DNA of 64,000 bases, taken from Iphione sp. A-MEVVRFRX5 (Eukaryota). The stretch is from contig OZ320314.1 of the NCBI GenBank assembly GCA_976226885.1, forward strand, positions 20,956,001 through 21,020,000. The letters run 5' to 3'. The first letter of the stretch is position 1; every line of letters starts with the position of its first letter. Below the pieces are notes generated by a model, which worked only from the letters and a program-made list of their open reading frames with translations, did not search any database and was not told the DNA's origin. Of this stretch, positions 36,537 to 47,800 are shown one piece after another. The position numbers and the translations under genes are program-made.

Positions 36537-39200
36537 ATGGACTTGGCCTCCTCTATCATGGGCATGCCAGTGGAGCAGCCCAGGCAGCAGCAAAAGAGGG
36601 GCAAGAAATCTTCCTCTGGGAGATCTGCCAAAAAGACAAAACAGACTAGTACAGAGGGAGTAGAATGCTCCCTCAGTTCTGTCTCTGTTGTCTCCATGAT
36701 TTCTGTAGCTGCCAGTGGTGATCCAGTGGGGTCAGCCACTACAGGCATGCTGGGCGCCGGCGCGCTGGCCGCGCTGGGCGAATCCACTGCCATGCTGGGC
36801 GAAACGCCCTCCCACGGTGCTGGTTCGACTCTGTCGACCACCGGCGCCCTGGGTCGCATCGGTACGCTGCGCGAGACCCCCTCCCACGGTGCTGGTTCGA
36901 CCCGGTCGACCACCGGCGCCCTGGGGGTTCGCGCGCTGGGCGAAACGCCCGCCCACGGTGCGGGGTTGACGCTGTCGACCACCGGCGCGCTGGGCGTTTG
37001 CGAATGCGCCAGTGCGCTGGGCGAAACGCCCTCCCACCGCGCTGGCTCGACCTTGTCGACCGCCGGCGCCCAGGGTGTTAGCAAATGCGCCGGTGCGCAG
37101 CGCAAAACGCCCTCCCACGGTGCGGGGTTGACGCTGTCGACCACCGCGCTGGGCGTTCGCGATTGCGCCTGTGCGCTGGGCGAAACGCCCTCCCACCGCG
37201 CTGGCTCGACCCTGTCCCTGCGCGTTAGGGAATGCGCCGGTGCGCTGCGCGAAACGCCTACCCACGCCACCGGCGTTCTGGGCGTTAGCGAATGCGCCGG
37301 TACGCTGGGCGAAACGCCCTCCCACGGTGCTGGCTTGACGTTGTCGACCGCCGGCGCCCTGGTCGTTCGTGAATGCACCGGTGCGCTGGGCGAAACGCCC
37401 TCACTATCGACCACCCGTGCAACCGGGTGGGTCGTTCGCGAATGCTCTGGTGCGATTGACGCTGTCGACCACCGGTGCATCTCTGCGCACCGGGGTCGTT
37501 CGCGGTCGACCGTTCGCGAATGCGCTGGGCTCCCTTGGGGGCTGTCGACCACCGGTGCATCTCTGTGCACCGGGGTCGTTCATGAATCCGTCTCGGAGAC
37601 GGCGTTGACAATTCACGAACGCACTCCAGGCGAATCGGCCTTATTGTCGACCTCGACCGCCGGTGTTGCGTTGGTGGGGGCCCTAGGCCATCCCTTGACT
37701 TTGTCTTTTGGAGGAGTGGCCTCAGGCCTTCCTTCGACTTGCGCATTGTCATCTACCACGCAGCATAACCCCCGAACTGATTTGAGTCAGTATGTTTCTT
37801 CTTGGGGGCTGGGCTTGCCTAGACAAGTTTAGGGGGTTTCGGCCCCTTGTGGGGTAGGGGGCGTGGTGACGATTACATCCTCACCTATGCCGCTGTGCCT
37901 TACGCCCGTCCGTAGCGTGCATGCGCTTTTGGATAGCGACTCTGCGGGTGAAACGCATTTGCGTGTTTCTGTGGAGTCGTTGTGTGGGCGGCCACAGCAA
38001 CCTCCGCCCCAGGCCACTGTGTATCAAACCTTTACGGGTTTGATGGGCCCCGAATGTGGTTCCAACCTCCTCCGCTCTCTCGGTGACAGTAGTTAGGCAG
38101 CAGGATGCTCTTACTGTTCCGCCAGCAGTGTCGGTTGTGTCGGCCCCGCAGGTGGGCCCTGCGACTGACCCTTGGGCCATGATGGCCCAACTTCAGGCGT
38201 CGTCGCAGGCGCACCTGCAGGCAGTGCTCCAGTCTCAACAAAGGCAGCAGCAGGAGCACACGGCCCATTTGTTAAGCTCTGTGCTGCAACGACAGCAGCA
38301 GTACTGGCACGAGCAGCAGCAGCGGCAGCATGAGTAGCAGCTGCAACAGCAAAGAGAGCAGCAGCAGCAGTGGCTGCAGCAACAGCGTCCTGTCTCCGAT
38401 CAAGAGGAGTCAGACAAGGAGGGTGAGGAGGAGGAGCTTGAGCTGAATGACGGGTCCGGTTCGCTCCATTCTCGCATGGAGGAGATGGGTGTTTGGCCTG
38501 AGTTGGGGCCACCACTTCACCCGGCGGTTTACGACTGTTCGGTGAAGTTGGTGGACCCCTTCAGGCCGGACTACCTCTCGGAGGTACGCAAGAGGTGCCT
38601 GATGCCGGAGGGGGCCAGCCACCTGCAGGTGTGTCGGCTTAACGATATTTTGTACTCCAACCTCCAAGAGAAGGACCATCAATCAACCGAGCGCATGCTG
38701 CAGCGCATTGGTGGCGACGTCATGGGGCACTCGAGCAAATAGCCCCCATGGCGGAGCGGCATACCTGGGCCAAGTCCGCACAGGATGCTTTGGTAGACGC
38801 CCTGGTGCAACTGGGGTCTGCCCACCAGTCCCTTATTAAACATCGAAGGGAGCAGGTGAAACCATTTTTGCCTGCCCCTTTTAAGAGACTGGTGTCAGAG
38901 GACTGTCCGCCATCGCCGCGGTTCTTATTTGGTGAGGATCTTGGGAAGATCAAGGTCGTAAAAGAGTATTTTGCGCGGCTTCTGCCGCTGCTTCGTCGGG
39001 GAGACCAAAAAACTCTCGGAAGGGGCGGAGCAGGGGCAGGGGTCGGGGTGGCTCCCCGCGGACGCGGCCGTAACTACAATTACAATGTGGCCAGGCAGAA
39101 CTTATTTTTACCGGCAGCAGGGGGTGGCGGCCCAGTCATGCCAACAACCACAACAACCCCAACAACAGCCACAGCCATAAGCCCAGACACAGCCGGTGAG
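36537..39200 (+). pseudogene. DIRS gag-like ORF1, interrupted by stops/frameshifts, with N-terminal tandem repeat and Q-rich tract
   Basis: ATG 36537 open to 37832; continues in frame to 38096; further pieces 38056-38337, 38476-38742, 38748 onward contain LQVCRLN, DALVQLG.A...RREQVKPFL and FLFGEDL, typical of DIRS gag. Confidence 0.75.
36760..37450 (+). repeat. GC-rich coding minisatellite, ~81-bp / 27-aa unit, about 9 copies
   Basis: Consensus ALGETPSHGAGSTLSTTGALGVRECAG; nine ETP/KTP cores in one frame. Confidence 0.9.
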
Positions 39201-40720
39201 GAAGTAGTTTTTGCTGCTGGCAATCTTGCTGCTTATGTTCCGGTGTGGGCAGCATTGACCTCTGACCAGGAGGTCTTACAGGCGGTGGCAGGCTGCAAGT
39301 TAGACTTGTTGGCAGTGCCCTTCCAGGAGAGGAGGCCAAGGCCTATTCCTTTTGGGGAGGCTGAGTCCAGGTTTGTGCAGGAGGAGTTGTCCAACCTTTT
39401 GCGGGTAGGTTCAATCTCCGTTTTGCATCAGGTTCCAGTTGACGCCTATTTGTCCAATATTTTTCTGAGGCCTAAGCTAAATGGCTCCTTCAGAATGATC
39501 TTGGATTTATCCAAACTCAATAAGGTCATCGAGTATAAACATTTTTAAATGGAGACCTTGGAGACGGTGTTGCCTTTAGTGTCTGTAGGCTGTTTTATGG
39601 TGTCAGTGGACTTGAAAAATGCATATCACACTATGCCAATCTGGGCTCCTCACAGGAAGTATTTGGCTTTCTCTTGGCAGGGCACTGTTTTGCAGGGCAC
39701 TGTTTTTCAATATGGTGTGTTGCCCTTTGGACTGTCGTCTGCCCCTAGGATTTTTACAAAGATCATGGCTCCTCCTTTAGCTCGTCTTAGGGAGGAGGGG
39801 GTAGTGCTAGCGTCTTACATTGATGATATTATTATCATTGGTAGGAGTGCTGAGGAGTGCTCCTTGTTTGTGTCAAAGACGGTAGCTTTGTTGCAGTCTA
39901 TTGGGTTTTTCATTAACTTTGAAAAGTCTTCTTTGGAGCCCTTGGGCTATACCATCAACTTGGTTAACATGGTGGTTAGACCTACTGAGTCGAGGGTGAC
40001 AAAAGTTTTGGATCATATCGAGTCTGTGTTATCCCAGGACATTATCGGGATTAGGAATGTGTCCTCTGTTTTGGGTAAGATTGTGGATCTTACTCAGGCT
40101 TCGGGTTACAGTAAAAGTCATTTCCGTGCCCTGGAGGCTTGTAAGATGTCTGCCCTGATCCAGGCAGGACAGGCTCGGTATGAGGGTCACATGGTTTTGT
40201 CAAGCATGCTGCATGTCAAGCTGATGATGTGTGACAACACTGCTGCCATCTGTTATGTGAATAGGATGTGTATGCCTACAAAATCTGGGATTTTTTGGAG
40301 GAAAGGTCAGGGTTTGCCTCTGCTTTCCATATCTTTCCATATCCCGGGTGTTGCGAATGTGGAGGCCGATTTTGCCTCTCGTCATTTTCGTGGTAATTTG
40401 GAGTGGGCTGTTAGTCCATCTATTTTTTCAGATGGTAGTGCAGTCTTGGGGGACCCCAGACATTGATTGTTTGCGTCTCGTTTAAACAACAAAGTTCCGT
40501 TGTATGCTAGTTGGCATCCGGACCCGAGAGCGCTGTTTGTGGATGCGTTTTCCCGAGGCTGGTCAAACTTCCAAATGCCTTACCTTTGTCCTCCTTTCTC
40601 TTTGATTCCTAGGTGCATAGCCAAGTTGGTACCAAAGCTGCCTTCTAGCCTGACCTCACCGGGCTTGGTTCAGCAGGGTGCTCCAGTTAGCTCGTGCTCC
40701 GCCTCTCCAGTTTCGCAAAT
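39190..40720 (+). pseudogene. DIRS reverse transcriptase - RNaseH - methyltransferase-like region, disrupted
   Basis: SNIFLRPKLNGSFRMILDL, DLKNAY, LPFGLSSAPRIFTK, YIDD; RNaseH CDNTAAICYVN and HIPGVANVEADFASR; MT-like FASRLN...WHPDP...VDAF...PPFSLI. TAA replaces K in HFKMET at 39546-39548; stop at 40464-40466. Confidence 0.9.
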
Positions 40721-40819
40721 CATCTGGGTCGGTCTTCCAGTCTGGGGGCTATTAAAGTTATGGCCCTTTTTTGTGGAACACAGTGATAGAGCGCAAAGAT
40801 CTCACTGCCGCTTCTAGGG

Positions 40820-41635
40820 CAATGATGCTGTGTTCCTGGAGGCCAAAGACCCGGTTGCTTTATAATACATACCTTAATAGGTGGAATACTTTGTGTTTCC
40901 AGGAAAGTTGCATCCTACCCTTAGGCAAGGTATTCATTTTCTTATGACAATGTTCGACAGGGGTATCAGGTTTGGGAAGCATCCTTTCTTACTGGTTTTT
41001 TCAATGTAAGACCTCCGGTTGCCCACGTAGATTATACTTGGGACGTGTCTAAGGTGCTCGACTTCCTCAAACTGTGGGAACCTCTGTCTTTTTTGTCTCT
41101 GAAGAAGTTGACGCTCAAGTGCAACATGCTGCTTCTTCTGGCTGCCAGCGGTAGGATGCAGACAATTTGCAACATTCAACTTTCGAACATACATAATATT
41201 GGACATGGTTCTTTGCAAATTGTTTTCACCAAAACTCTGAAGCAATCCAGGAAGGGCAGGTGTGCCTCAAAGTTAAAGCTGATGCCGTTTGCAGCGCAAC
41301 CTAAAGTTTGCGTGGTGAGGTGCCTAAATGAGTACATCTCAAGAACAGATACTTTGCGAGATGATCAGGGAGATGATGCTCTTTTCATCTCCTTCACTAG
41401 TTGCCGTAAGTCTGTGTCCACAGTCACTTTGGCCAGGTGGATGAAAGAGGTCATGGCGTTGTCAGGTGTGGACACGCAAGTGTTCTCCGCGCATTCTACT
41501 AGATCAGCTTCGTCTTTGAAGCTGGCTAAGATGGGAATGCTTTTGTCTGAAATTATGAAGAGGGGCATGTGGTCGCATGCCAATACCTTCAAGTTGTTTT
41601 ATTTGAAGGATATTCGGGATGGTGGACAGCAATAG
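40820..41635 (+). pseudogene. DIRS tyrosine recombinase; catalytic core 41045-41635 open, N-terminal part deleted/frameshifted
   Basis: WDVSKVL, LTLK, ASGR (R), LKQSR (K), HSTR (H-x-x-R), GMW and TFKLFY (Y). The ALNTARS segment present in the second copy (~62000) is missing here. Confidence 0.9.
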
Positions 41636-42680
41636 TCTGTTCACTCATCCTCTGAGGCTTTGGGCTTTGAAGTCTCAGGGAGACACCTAGTGTCCTATGC
41701 TGGTACTAAAGTTAGTGGGTTACACGAACTTACAGTGAAGTGTGACCTTGACTTTGTACCAGTATTAGGACACAGGTGTCTAACTGCCCACCTCTCCCCT
41801 CCCATGTGGGCTTTTAGTTTCCTTCATCCTCATAGGTTTCATTCTCATCCTATTGCTGCAGGGTTCCTGACTTCTTTGAATAGTGACAACAACCAAGATG
41901 GCTGACTGTGGTGGCGCCACTGGGCTGTATCTCAGACACCTGTGTCCTAATACTGGTACAAAGTCAAGGTCACACTTCACTGTAAGTTCGTGTAACCCAC
42001 TAATTTTGGGTTAATTTCATACAAATTGCAAATTTAGTTCATTCCTCTCACGTTAGATGTCTACCAGAGATGTGACCGTGGTCTCAGGAGCCACAGTTCC
42101 ATGTCAATCATATTCAAGGAACGCCAATAAGAATGCAGGTCCAGTCTATATCCAGGAAATAGAAGCTATCTATGTCTTGCAATCAGTTTAAACAAAGAAT
42201 AAGACAGACAAGCGGCAGACAGTCGCTCAGGGGCTGGGGGTGCTCGCCCGACCCCAGTAGTTCCTCAGCTGTCCCACAAAGGACAGCTGTGTTCGGGTCT
42301 GTGCCTAAATACATATCCCTGCATAAGACTTACTTAGCTCTCATATCAATCCACATCAACATGCTTACCATCCGCTGTAGTCTCAACACCTTGAGCTGCC
42401 TTTGTATTCATAAACACCACAAGTCGTAAAGGCAACTTTCCAAAAATGCACTTCTCTTTTGAAGTAAAACTCGACATATGGTCATTCCTGGTTAGTTGTT
42501 TCTATTATTTTCTGCTTATTTCAGGCACAGTTAGAAGTGCTATCATTTTTTACAAAAAAAGCAAAACATAAGGAAAAACATGACAGTTGGTCAATTGTAC
42601 TGTAGGTCCTTTTTATTGCAAACTGCTCCCTGTACTGTTTTTGCCCATTGATTACTGGTATTTAAACTTATCTGTATCAG

Positions 42681-44789
42681 ATGATCGAGGATGAAGTTGA
42701 CCGACTGACAAGCATCATAAACGCAACAAAGAAACCAAGAGCATTTGACTTCGCTCGTCGTGGTGCACTTCAGAGAAAGGTCAGCAAGTAAATTTACAAA
42801 TTCAGTTTAAAAAACACGTGTCCCCGTCGTCTTTTACGCATGCTCTACTAAAAACTCTAACAGCAAATAAGCATGATGCTTTTATCGTTCTAGCTTGGAC
42901 GTTTGAACGGAGCCCTTAATGACCTGACAAAAGCAATTGATTTGGAGCCGATGCTGCTGAATGCTTACTGGCACCGGCACTTAATCTACCAGCTACTGAA
43001 CAACCGCCCCAAGGCTCTGGAGGACCTCAACGTGCTGCTGAAACGTGACAAAACCAACGCCGGGGCGTACCGCTCCAGGTGCGAGCAGGCAGTGTTCTCT
43101 AGTAATCTTTACAGCTTCAAACATTTCTGAAATCCATTTTAAGATGATTGTTGCAAGCAGATCGTGACAGGTTTAACGAAAATGTAATTCTTTTCGTATT
43201 AAAGGGCAGCAATCTACCGCCAGGTGAACGACATAACTATGGCCATCGTTAACTACACTCAGGCCATCAAGCTAAATCCCGATGATTATGAGGCCTATTA
43301 CCAGCGTGCTGAGATGTACGAGAAGGTAAATGTTTATTAACAATTTTTTCTTTTAAATTCCTAGAGTTACCAAAGGATTATGTGATGATTGAAAATTCGT
43401 AGAAAAACCTCCTTTCATCCTTCAGGCTAGGAGAGCATTCCTTGTAGAATTAACATTTTATTTTCGTAAGAAAAATGATAGTGAAAGTGTTAAAGTTATT
43501 GATTTTGTTATTATTCTTAGAGAGGAGAGATGCTTCTGGCGATGGAAGACTATGCCATGGCGACTAAGCTGATGCCTGCTAAGACAGAGGCTCTATTTAG
43601 GCATGGTCTCCACTACTTCAAAAACAAGTAAGCACACTATATTACACCTCCAATTAGGGCAGCTAGGGGATTCAGTGAGAACTGTCCACGTGTAGACTGG
43701 TACCTTTCAGTGAGGACAGTTTTGCATTCGACTGACGCGATGTTATGTGACATGTCGAGATGGTATATGGTCACGATACCTGTCAGTCGTAATGATCTTA
43801 TTCATGAGTGGAATCTACCTCAAGATGGCAATTTTCACATATTTCGTTTTCATACGAGCATCAGCCTAATGACTGGTGCCCAGCTTGGTCTGTGCTTAGT
43901 GCCCTCTATAATTCCTTAACTTGGATTTGGTTCGTCACAAATTAATCAGTTTAGCTTATTAAAAACAAAAGAACAGTTTTAGTACTCTATTGATTATTAG
44001 GTTGACTCTCTTATCCGTATTCCATCAGGAACTGGCAGTCCGCCATCAATGACTTCACGGAGCTGCTCAAGGTGGACCCGGGGGACGGCCAGGCCCGCAT
44101 GTACCGAGGGCGCGCCTACTCTAAGCAGAAGTCATGGAACCTGGCCATTGAGGACCTCTCGGCAGCCATTCACCTAGATCCCAACAACTACCTACCATTG
44201 TACTACAGGGGATGCATCCTCAGAAAGTGAGTACAGGTTTCCATTCTTTTTAGTGAAACAGTCAGAGAGCTTTGCTGTTTTTATTGACACTGTTCAAGCC
44301 TTCGCTACTTAATTCGTCTGGAATTTATTGTATCTTATTCTCTATCAATTGCATGTACTGGATGTTTACTTGACCTACAATCAGTAATATCATTTAATGT
44401 GGTCTCAATGTTGTTGCGATTTTACTGTACTATCGGTAAGATCATAAAACCAAGCAAACGCAACAGGAGAAGCTTTGTTCTATGCTTTTAGCTTCCTTAT
44501 GTGGAAATCCAAAATGATTCCCAGTTACTACCACTTTATTGTCACCACTTATATTCCCTTGAAACCTGGTATAAAAAGATTCATTTAAATAAAACCTTCA
44601 CCAAACCATTGTCTCTCCAGGCTCCATCCAAAGTTGGCGCTTCAAGATTTTAGTGTCTCCCTCTTGATCAACAACACAGAGGAGAACATCCTGTCATACC
44701 TTCACCGAGGAATCCTCTACACGGAGGTTGCCAGGTAGGGGCATTACATTCAAAGCAACGTCTACATTGTACCTTCCCTCTACATCCGT

Positions 44790-44871
<82 letters not shown>

Positions 44872-47800
44872 CTTCTATAGGTTATGAGGTCAAATTTGGA
44901 TCCTTTTGTCCATATGTTTGTGTTCTATTTGTGTCAGAGCAAATAATCATTTAGCTTTCACCTGATTAAATCACACGAAAATAAAAGTAGCTTCTTCAAG
45001 TCTGAAACAATATGCCACTTTATCTGTTTAGATATCACCTTGAGTTCAGACAGGGTATCCCCAGAGAATGATCAAACAAGAATTCTCTGAGGGTCAGTCT
45101 CCAGACTGCCCTACAAGCAACAAACTTTGGGGGAAAGGTTAGATGAAGAACAAGGCAGGTGTTAAGCATTTGATTCCAATAGCTGGTCAGTACCATACAA
45201 CAAAAACATTCAGCATGACAAATTAGACAAAAGGGACATGAGAAGTAAGACGTATGGTCACAGGCAGGGCATTGCATATCCTAGCCTACTTGAGAACTCT
45301 AACAGAAAATACCAGTAGACTCCCTTAGAGATTAGATTTTTGTCAAAGCAAATCAACAAACCTTAGTAGAGGTAGACCCTCACCCTGCAATGGCCTGGGG
45401 TGACCATTCGCCCAGTGTGACCACTTTTACTAAGAACGGAGTGTTTTCTAGTATATATCCTATATGATGGCCTCTGCCTAAGGCGACCACTTGGCCAATA
45501 AGACCACCATTTTCAGTATGAAACAAATTATGGTCACCTGGGGAAACCACTCACCAGGTTGCCTGTGTTGTTGGATTGTTTCCAGCCCGAGAACTTGGTG
45601 GTCGCCCACTTTGTAGATGACATTGGAGCCTCAAGAAAAAATAAGGCCACTCATTATGTACACTTTAAAATGCAAACGTTAAAAAAAGTACCTTGCCTTC
45701 TGTTGGCAGGATGACTGCTTGAAGTATGCATATGAAAACCTCAAGTGTACTTGTTTGAGGAAAATAGTAAAAGGGAGGAGTGAATTTTCCTGTATTTTTC
45801 TGCGTAATTTTTAGTCAGAAATGTGGATAATTGTTCAGAGAAAAGTAAGAGAATTTTGCAATCTTTTTTCATTTTTCATTTTATTGTATCTTTAACCAGG
45901 AACTAGATATTCTTTATCACATGACAAAGCTCTTCCATATCCTCCTGGGGTAGCATACTACCATCTATTGTTGAGAACTGAAAGACCAGAATACCCGGGG
46001 TTGCCCCCTACTCTTATTTCGAATAGGTTTCTGGGGTCTTTTTGTGCATAGGGGACAGAATCCTATACACCCACGGCCTTTTTACGAGTTGTGGACCACT
46101 CTGGGTTGGGGCTACAGTAAATCTGTCTGCTTGTGATCAAGAGTCCCAAGCCCAGGATTGAACCTGCAACCTCTCAATCAGTGGACCAGTGTTCTACCAC
46201 TGAGCTAACTCCCCACCCTCAATCGTATACATGTACTTTTGGCAGTCCTGTATCCTGAGGTGAGTTTGGTCTGTTAAACTGTGTACATGGAATACATGAT
46301 AATTCTGTCATTTTCTGTAAGGTACGATGATGCCATTCCCGACTTTGAGGCAGTACTAAAGCTCGACAAGGACATGGCCGTCGCGCACGTGAACTTGGGC
46401 CTCATCTACATGCTGCACATTAACAACTATCATCGAGCAGTCAAGAAGTTTACAGCAGCACTGAAGGCTGACCCCACCTACATTAAGGCGTACATTTGCC
46501 GCGCTGAGGCCTACACAAGAGTACATGATGTAAGTTGTACACATATTTTAATCGCATTTAGCTACTTAGGTGTAATTTGTTTGATGCTCAGGCCTAGACT
46601 TAAGTACCAGCATTAAGTGTCTCCCCAAGATACAGCTCAGTGGTGCCACCACAGTCAGCCATCTTGGTTGTTGTCACTATATTCTAGCAGTCACCCAGTT
46701 CTGACTGTGGTGGCGCCACTGGGCTGTATCTCAGTTAGACACCTGTGTCCTTATACTGGTACAAAGTCAAGGTCACACTTCACTATAAGTTCTTGGAACC
46801 CACTAATTATGTAATGCTCCTTACTTTTCAGTTTCTGGTACATGTAGTTAAATACAGGTATTTTTCTTCATTTCTGAACACAGGTAAAGAATGCTCTTTT
46901 GGACTTCACTCGAGCCATCCACCTGCGACCAGATATTGGGCATTTCTACATGTACAGGGTGAGTTAATCTTTCTTGATGCATGGATTGAAACTGTATGGT
47001 TTTCGAGTTTCCATCATGTAAAGAAATCGCACGAAATCCATGAGGTCATTTGACATACTGCCTGTTTTGTAGGGTCAACTTGTGCTGAAGTCGGGAAACC
47101 TAGAGCTCGCATCATTTTGTGTCAGGTACGTAATATATTACATATAGTCACACTGAAATGTAAATTAGGTGTGTTATGCCCGGACCATATTCAGGAATAC
47201 ATGTATTTGCCATACGAAGCTGACATGTCTTCAAAATTTATCCTACTCTCTGCAGATACACATGCATAAATACACACGCACGCTGATCGCTGAATCCTCA
47301 GTATCTGAAATACATGTATATTCAATTTCAGAATTTCAGCAGTCTTTAAGGTATAGCTTTAGTACTAGAGGTGGACACTAGGTGTCTACCTGAAATATAG
47401 TCCAGGTGATGCCACTGTGGACTGTGGACAATACCCGTAGCCACTTTTAGTTGAGTTTGTCACTGTGGTTAGATGGACCCATCCATAGTCGCTCTGCTAT
47501 TTCAATCTTCAAAAACACAACATCTGAATTAACTCGAATTCCAAACATATTGTGCAATTGGGATATCGAACCTTGACTGTACACGCCTAGAGAGATACCA
47601 TTCACATTTGTTGTGAATGTTTTTTTTTTTCTATGAATGTGTCTAAAAATCATGTGCACATTTTGTGACTGTTGTTGCAACAGAGAATGACAATATATAC
47701 CTCTTGTACATAAGATTTTTTTTAAATGTTTGGACATCATGTGTTTTATTTTGCTGGTATGTTCTTCTTGTACTTTGTTTCCTTCTGAAATCATATGTAT

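Larger units (their letters stand above)
36292..42002 (+). mobile_element. DIRS1-type tyrosine-recombinase retrotransposon, full-span but coding-defective (5,711 bp)
   Basis: Inverted terminal repeat 36326-36379 vs 41882-41935 (1 mismatch in 54); ICR 41673-41781 complementary to the left end (36292-36331, 1 mismatch) and to the right extension (41934-42002, 69/69); gag, RT, RNaseH, MT-like and YR domains in DIRS1 order. Confidence 0.97.

Noticed and set aside
36760-37450. Regular repeats and the 28260-28404 tandem considered as CRISPR-like
   Set aside because: Eukaryotic context, no unique spacers, no cas genes; explained as a minisatellite and DIRS relics.
45350-45720. GACCAC-rich stretch, and similar candidates at 8862-9012 and 54215-54355, as pogo-type MITEs
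   Set aside because: TIR matches too short or degenerate to define boundaries by eye.
46140-46214. tRNA-like sequence as a functional tRNA gene
   Set aside because: No clean acceptor or anticodon stems; continues into a SINE body shared with other copies.
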